Shown: piece after piece, positions 59,010 through 64,000 of the stretch
Position numbering within the stretch: position 1 is the first letter of the stretch
Layout of the letters: each line of letters begins with the position of its first letter
Assembly (NCBI GenBank): GCA_965238275.1
Contig: OZ250186.1
Coordinates: 736,001 to 800,000, forward strand
DNA: 64,000 nt
Reading direction: 5' to 3'
Source of the DNA: Nitrosopumilus sp.
GTDB lineage: Archaea > Thermoproteota > Nitrososphaeria > Nitrososphaerales > Nitrosopumilaceae
Program-made: the position numbers and the translations under genes
Notes under the pieces: model-generated
Seen by the model: the letters and a program-made list of their open reading frames with translations, nothing else
Databases searched by the model: none
What the model was told of the DNA's origin: nothing

Positions 59010-60561
59010 GAAGATATGCGTAATCCACCCATTTTGCCAACCCGGCCATAAAAAACCGGAAAAATACGGCCTAAAACTAGTCGTGTCTGGTATGTGGCAA
59101 GTCCGTTCACCCCAAAATCCAAAACAACATGCGTAGCCTTGCAGCACTTCATCGTGCCCTGAATTCTACTTGACCGGAGCTTCGGAGCAGGCCCTGTCCC
59201 AGTCGACTGACGTCTTCCACTGCCCTGGCGGTGGCGGACCCTTTTCCATAAAGTCCCACAAAAGGTTCAGGTTTACTAGCCCTGTGATCACGTTGAACTC
59301 CCTGTTGAACCCGGCTGCGTTGCCGTCGTACGGGTCGGTAAGACGCGCGTAGCAAACGCGCGTAGCGCTTGAGCCTGCCTATCGTGCTTGAGCCTGCCTA
59401 TCGTGTGCTCCACCAACACCCGGGTGGAGTTGATCCTGCTGTTATGCTTTTTTTGCTCCGGCGTCAGCGGCGTGTCCCTGGTCTTCTTGTACGGGATCTC
59501 CGGCGTGGTGCCGGGTAGGTGGTCTGCGATTCCCTGGTAGCCGCGGTCGACGAAGGGGTGGCACCTGTCTGATTCTGGCAGGTCCGGATCGTGCATCGCC
59601 TTCTCCCACTTTCCAAACGGCATGGGGCGTTCCTTGAGTAGCGTGATGTCGCCGACTGACCCGACGGTGTTTTTTGATATGCCGATCACCACCCCGTCCC
59701 GGTTGGTGTACACGTTGGTATTGTTAGTGAACTTTTTCTTCTTGCCGGAGTATTTCATGCGCCGGACTGACTTTACAGACGGGCGCTGTATGGGGCAGTG
59801 CGTGCCGTCTATGAATATCTCGCCACCGTCGGGTCCGGGCACGATCTTCTTGAAATCCTCCTTGGTCGGGGCAGCAGCTACCTCCTCGGATATGTTGTCT
59901 GCCGTCGGAAGTATTCCTGTCAGCATCGCGTCCATCACCGGAAGGTACCGGGACACGGTGGATTGGTCTATCCCGAAGAACGCGGCAAGCGTTCCCTGCG
60001 TGATGTTTTCCTTTTTGTGCATCAGCGCCATGAGCAGCGCGTGTCTCAGGTACAGCTTGCACCGGTTTCCGGGATCGGATGTCCTGGATGCGTTATCACA
60101 GAACAGCGGCATCTGGCCCGAATGCGTCAGAAACACCTTGGCCCGCTCCAGCAGGTACCGGAACTGTTCCCCGTCTGCCAGCGTGGCATGGCGGAGCTTG
60201 TCCCCGTCGCGTATTATGTCGTCTAGCACCTCTAGCAGGTGCAGCGCGGGCCCCTTGCCGGGGTTCCAGCCATCGTCCCTGCTCTTCCACAGGCCGCGCT
60301 CAAGGCCCAGCTCCCTGTCTTTCTGCTGTATCTTTTTGTCTTTCTGCTTTAGAATATTTTTTAGGCTTTTGTTTTCCTGCTCCAGCTCCCTGTCTTTCTG
60401 CTGTATCTTTTTGTCTTTCTGCTTTAGAATATTTTTTAGTCTTTTGTTTTCCTGCTGCAACTTGTATATGATCTGATCAGGCGAGTCTGGCATTTGATGT
60501 GAGACACGATCGTGCCTGATCTAAATTTATCGATGTGGACAGGGGGATTACGCATATTCTC
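59010..60561 (-). mobile_element. Second IS5/ISL2-like element, same family as 51974..53455
   Basis: Same TIR core ATGCGTAATCC / GGATTACGCAT flanked by TA; homologous transposase. Confidence 0.88.
59149..60493 (-). pseudogene. DDE_Tnp_4 transposase with a C-terminal frameshift from micro-duplications
   Basis: Homologous to 52137..53387 up to EHTIGRLK; duplicated cttgagcctgcctatcgtg and acgcgcgtagc at ~59343-59405. Confidence 0.8.
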
Positions 60562-61188
60562 TATTATGTAGAAATTTTAATGGACATATCAGTGGGAGAA
60601 GATGTCGCTGGTTGGTGACGTCTCATCTTGCAATTGGGAGGGGTTTATATCTGACCCTCCTTTTTCATTAATATTATATCTATAATGCGGATTATCAAGA
60701 TTTGCATTGGCCAACGCGCTTCTTTTGGTTCTAGACAAACTGTTAGAACAAAATCCATCACTCTCCCCAGGTTTGGATAGACTTCTATCAGCCATAAATG
60801 CAGTAAATTTTGAAAGAGACGAGTTGTTACAATTTGATCGAGATTATTCTGCCATGCCCAAAACAGCTAATATGATTACAAACCCAGCGAACTTACGGCA
60901 TGGCACAAATTTGAAGCGTATTTAGTAGTAAATACCTCGCCAATAACAGGCACAATCCAAAATAAGGGGAGTCGACAGAGACTACTTCTTCAGATAATGC
61001 AGAGGAGGTAACGTTCCTGTACACAAAACACTACCCCATAACATGGTCTGACGAGGACATGTCCTATGGGAATCATGAACCCCAACCGGTATCTTGAGGA
61101 TCAAGGCGTTCCCGGCATTTCACTCGGTATGCACCGCCGAGCCTCCCCGTCACTATCTAATACGCCAAAACCGATACTTAAGGAGTAG

Positions 61189-62580
61189 TCATTCTACGTA
61201 GTGGCTGTGCACCAGGTTGTCATAGAACCTGACTGACTTTATGTTTAGAAACTCCAGCATTCCATACCTTGAGAGCTCCCTTCCAAACCCGCTGTGCTTG
61301 ATTCCGCCAAACGGAATCCTCGGATCCGAGACCACCACATTATTGACGCTCACTATGCCTGACTCTATCTGTCTGGACATCCTCTCTGCCTTTGTGAGAT
61401 CCCTTGTCCAGATGCTTGCGCCTAGGCCAAACTCAGTGTCGTTGGCCATCCTTATGGCCTCCTTTTCATTCTCCACTATCGTAATCGGGGCCACCGGCCC
61501 AAAGACCTCCTCCCTTGCGATCCTCATGTCAGGCTTTACGTTGGAGAGAATTGTCGGCATGTAAAAGAAGCCGTTGCCATCCACCCGTTCCCCTCCGAGC
61601 AGGACCTCGGCACCCCTGTCCTTTGCCTCGTCGACCATCCCTGATATGTTCTCAAGGCCCTCTCTGTTTGAAATGGGTCCGATGTCAGTCTCCATGGATG
61701 ACGGGTCTCCGACCTTCAACTGCGATGTCATTTTGACAAACAGTTCGATGAATTCCTTTGCCACATTCCTTGTGACAAAGAATCTCTTTGAGGCTATGCA
61801 GCTCTGGCCGCAGTTGATGAACCTGCCCTTCACTGCCCCCTCTGCTGCTTTTTCAACGATTGCATCATCAAGTACTATGAAGGGATCGCTCCCACCAAGC
61901 TCCAGAACGCATTTTTTCAGGTTTGATGCGGCCCTTTTTCCCACCTCCATCCCTGCATTCATGCTTCCGGTAAATGTGATGGCATTGGTGTTTGAATCAA
62001 TCAGGTGGTTTGCAGACTCGACGCTTCCCACTATGGTCTGGAACACACCCTCAGGTACGCCAGAACTGATGAATGCCTTTTCAATCTCGATTCCGGACTG
62101 CATTGTTACCCTTGAGGGCTTCATCGCGATTACGTTTCCGGCCATCAGACATGGGGCTGCAAACCTCAGCGCTTGCCAGTACGGAAAGTTCCACGGCATG
62201 ATGGAGCCGATAACACCCAACGGCTCAAACGTCAAAAAGCTCTTTCTTGCATCCGTGTTGAGCACCTCGTCAGTCAGAAAACTGTCTCCATGGTCTGCAT
62301 AGAACTCCAGGGCCCATGCACATTTTTCGACCTCGCCGACTGACTCCTTGATGGCCTTTCCCATCTCTTCTGTTGCAACCTTTGCAAGTTGCATCTTGTT
62401 CTTCTTGAGGTACTCTACCAGATTGTAGATGTAGCTTCTGCGCTTCTCATAGTCGCCCTTCCACTCTGGAAACACCCCTCTGGCCTTTCCCACGATGGCA
62501 AACACCTGATCCCTGTCCATGGCCTGGTATGTAGCAATGCATTCACCGGTTGCCGGATTGACCGTCTCTATCTGGCTCAA
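61189..62580 (-). CDS. NAD(P)-dependent aldehyde dehydrogenase (succinate-semialdehyde dehydrogenase-like)
   Basis: PWNFP, FTGS, LELGGSDP, GQSC, EVFGP, PFGG.K.SG.GRE. Confidence 0.93.
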   Translation of the reverse strand: MSQIETVNPATGECIATYQAMDRDQVFAIVGKARGVFPEWKGDYEKRRSYIYNLVEYLKKNKMQLAKVATEEMGKAIKESVGEVEKCAWALEFYADHGDSFLTDEVLNTDARKSFLTFEPLGVIGSIMPWNFPYWQALRFAAPCLMAGNVIAMKPSRVTMQSGIEIEKAFISSGVPEGVFQTIVGSVESANHLIDSNTNAITFTGSMNAGMEVGKRAASNLKKCVLELGGSDPFIVLDDAIVEKAAEGAVKGRFINCGQSCIASKRFFVTRNVAKEFIELFVKMTSQLKVGDPSSMETDIGPISNREGLENISGMVDEAKDRGAEVLLGGERVDGNGFFYMPTILSNVKPDMRIAREEVFGPVAPITIVENEKEAIRMANDTEFGLGASIWTRDLTKAERMSRQIESGIVSVNNVVVSDPRIPFGGIKHSGFGRELSRYGMLEFLNIKSVRFYDNLVHSHYVE

Positions 62581-62996
62581 CGCGTATCCCTGTAAAACCT
62601 CTCATAATACTCGGCGACGCCTGCAAGCATCCCTGCGTATGGATTAATCAGCGCATGCACGGATTCGTCATAGAGCTTCATGTATGTGATTCTCATTCGG
62701 GTGTACCACTTGAGATAGTTGTCAAAGTCATCGACATGCTTGATCCACATGTCAGTCATGCCGTCTGCATACGGCCGTACCTGCTCCAGAAGATCCTGCA
62801 GAGGAAGCATCCTTTCAAAGGCATTCTCTGCCATTATGCACGTACCATACACGTCATCAAGCGTGTGCAGATACTCCTTGTACATGTCTGAATACATTTG
62901 AAGATGCACAGGCAGGTGCATCTCTATCCTGTTGATTACCTTGGACATGTTGTCCTTGTACATGTTGCAGATTGATGGGGTCTCTTGGACTGACAT
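62577..62996 (-). CDS. Hypothetical helical protein
   Basis: 139-aa ORF whose stop overlaps the dehydrogenase start. Confidence 0.65.
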   Translation of the reverse strand: MSVQETPSICNMYKDNMSKVINRIEMHLPVHLQMYSDMYKEYLHTLDDVYGTCIMAENAFERMLPLQDLLEQVRPYADGMTDMWIKHVDDFDNYLKWYTRMRITYMKLYDESVHALINPYAGMLAGVAEYYERFYRDTR

Positions 62997-63270
62997 TACT
63001 ACGCGTCTCTACAGGCTCTATATCTTTATTTTGCATGCGACCTGTCAGATTCTGCCAATAGTGCAATTCCATGAGATGTCCTATCCGGATGCAACATCTT
63101 CACTGCAGACGTGCATGCGCCCCGTGTGTCATGCCTGCAACAGACGTAGCTGCAAATGATCATGCCCAGATACCTGCATGCCCCATACCCGGACACCCGC
63201 TGCGAATCCTGCCTGCCCTTCTCCTCCCGGTGTGATTATAATTTATAACAGAGGGTTGTCTGGAATGTGG

Positions 63271-63786
63271 TTGGTAGACAAATACGAGGATCCCTTTGTC
63301 AGAATCGCCTCCATGATTGGGGGGGACGAGTATCTCAAGGTTGCAAGATCTCTGCTCAAGGCTGAGGATGCCACAGACGAGGAGATTGCAAGCTCGACTG
63401 GCCTTAGAATCAACATGGTGCGGAAGGTTCTCTATGACCTGTTTGGCAAATCACTCATTACCGGAATCAGGGTAAAGGACGAGAGGAAGGGATGGTTTGT
63501 CTACAGGTGGAGAACCAGAAGGGACGAAGTCGAACACTTTATCGAGAATCAAAAGAAGAAGATTGGAGAGAGACTGCAGCAAAGACTAGACTATGAGAAC
63601 GCCTCTGATTTTTACCATTGCGGGAACGAAGACTGCCCAAGGGTGGCCTTTGAGGATGCCCTTGAAAGCATGTTCAGGTGCTCTTCGTGCGGAAAGGTAT
63701 TGAACCTGAAGAAGAATGACAGATCAAAGAAAGCCTACTCCAAAAAAATCGACGAGATCAAAAAAGACATACAGCAGGTATTCTAG
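63271..63786 (+). CDS. tfe: Transcription factor E alpha
   Basis: TDEEIA..VRKVLY.L, GWFVYRW, zinc ribbon; TTG start. Confidence 0.93.
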   Translation: MVDKYEDPFVRIASMIGGDEYLKVARSLLKAEDATDEEIASSTGLRINMVRKVLYDLFGKSLITGIRVKDERKGWFVYRWRTRRDEVEHFIENQKKKIGERLQQRLDYENASDFYHCGNEDCPRVAFEDALESMFRCSSCGKVLNLKKNDRSKKAYSKKIDEIKKDIQQVF

Positions 63787-63837
63787 CTGTCAAGTGGGAC
63801 CTTTGGTTGCTGGTCTCCGAAGAATTCAATTCCGGAG

Positions 63838-64000
63838 TCACTCCTCCACGATCACGTTCTTGCCGCTGCCTGAGGGAACTATCCTTCTCATGGCACCGGG
63901 AAATTCCCTTTCAAACTGCCTCCCCTCGTGGATGCGATCCAGCAGGACTGCAAGCGCGCTTATCTCCGAGTGGGGCTGGCATCCGATCCCCACGTTGTAG
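63838..64000 (-). CDS. tRNA (cytidine56-2'-O)-methyltransferase, 3' part (cut by the window edge)
   Basis: YNVGIGCQPHSEISALAVLLDRI on the minus strand. Confidence 0.85.
   Translation of the reverse strand, partial: YNVGIGCQPHSEISALAVLLDRIHEGRQFEREFPGAMRRIVPSGSGKNVIVEE

Noticed and set aside
60589-60925. Short ORFs right of the second IS
   Set aside because: No recognisable motif; probably fragments of a disrupted foreign gene.

Overview
Chromosomal window of an ammonia-oxidising archaeon (Nitrososphaerota/Thaumarchaeota, Nitrosopumilaceae-like gene content, roughly 50% GC). The taxonomy is inferred from gene families only; a host-associated lineage is plausible given the many IS elements and broken genes. 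Core genes: pyrH, a split A-type ATP synthase cluster (C; I; E-A-B-D-small ORF-K), an Amt ammonium transporter, pyrI/pyrB, thiolase plus DUF35, an HTH-fused NrdD-like protein next to class II RNR (nrdJ), nep1 (interrupted), tRNA-Gly(TCC), rpp21, rps19e, a riboflavin cluster, an aldehyde dehydrogenase, tfe and aTrm56 (partial). A ~16 kb cell-surface/copper island (18.3-34.6 kb) holds a CopC/CopD fusion, duplicated cupredoxins with Met-rich tandem repeats, proteins with PEFG-CTERM, CFI-box and IPxWIKN tails, and a rhomboid protease. Most striking: a tnpB gene, split by a nested IS5-type element, sits alone inside an element with 51-bp terminal inverted repeats (IS6-like GGTTCTGTT ends) and an 8-bp target-site duplication (50921-53723). 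This is DDE-type transposon architecture rather than IS200/IS605 or IS607 architecture. All calls are from motif recognition by eye; no database searches were run.
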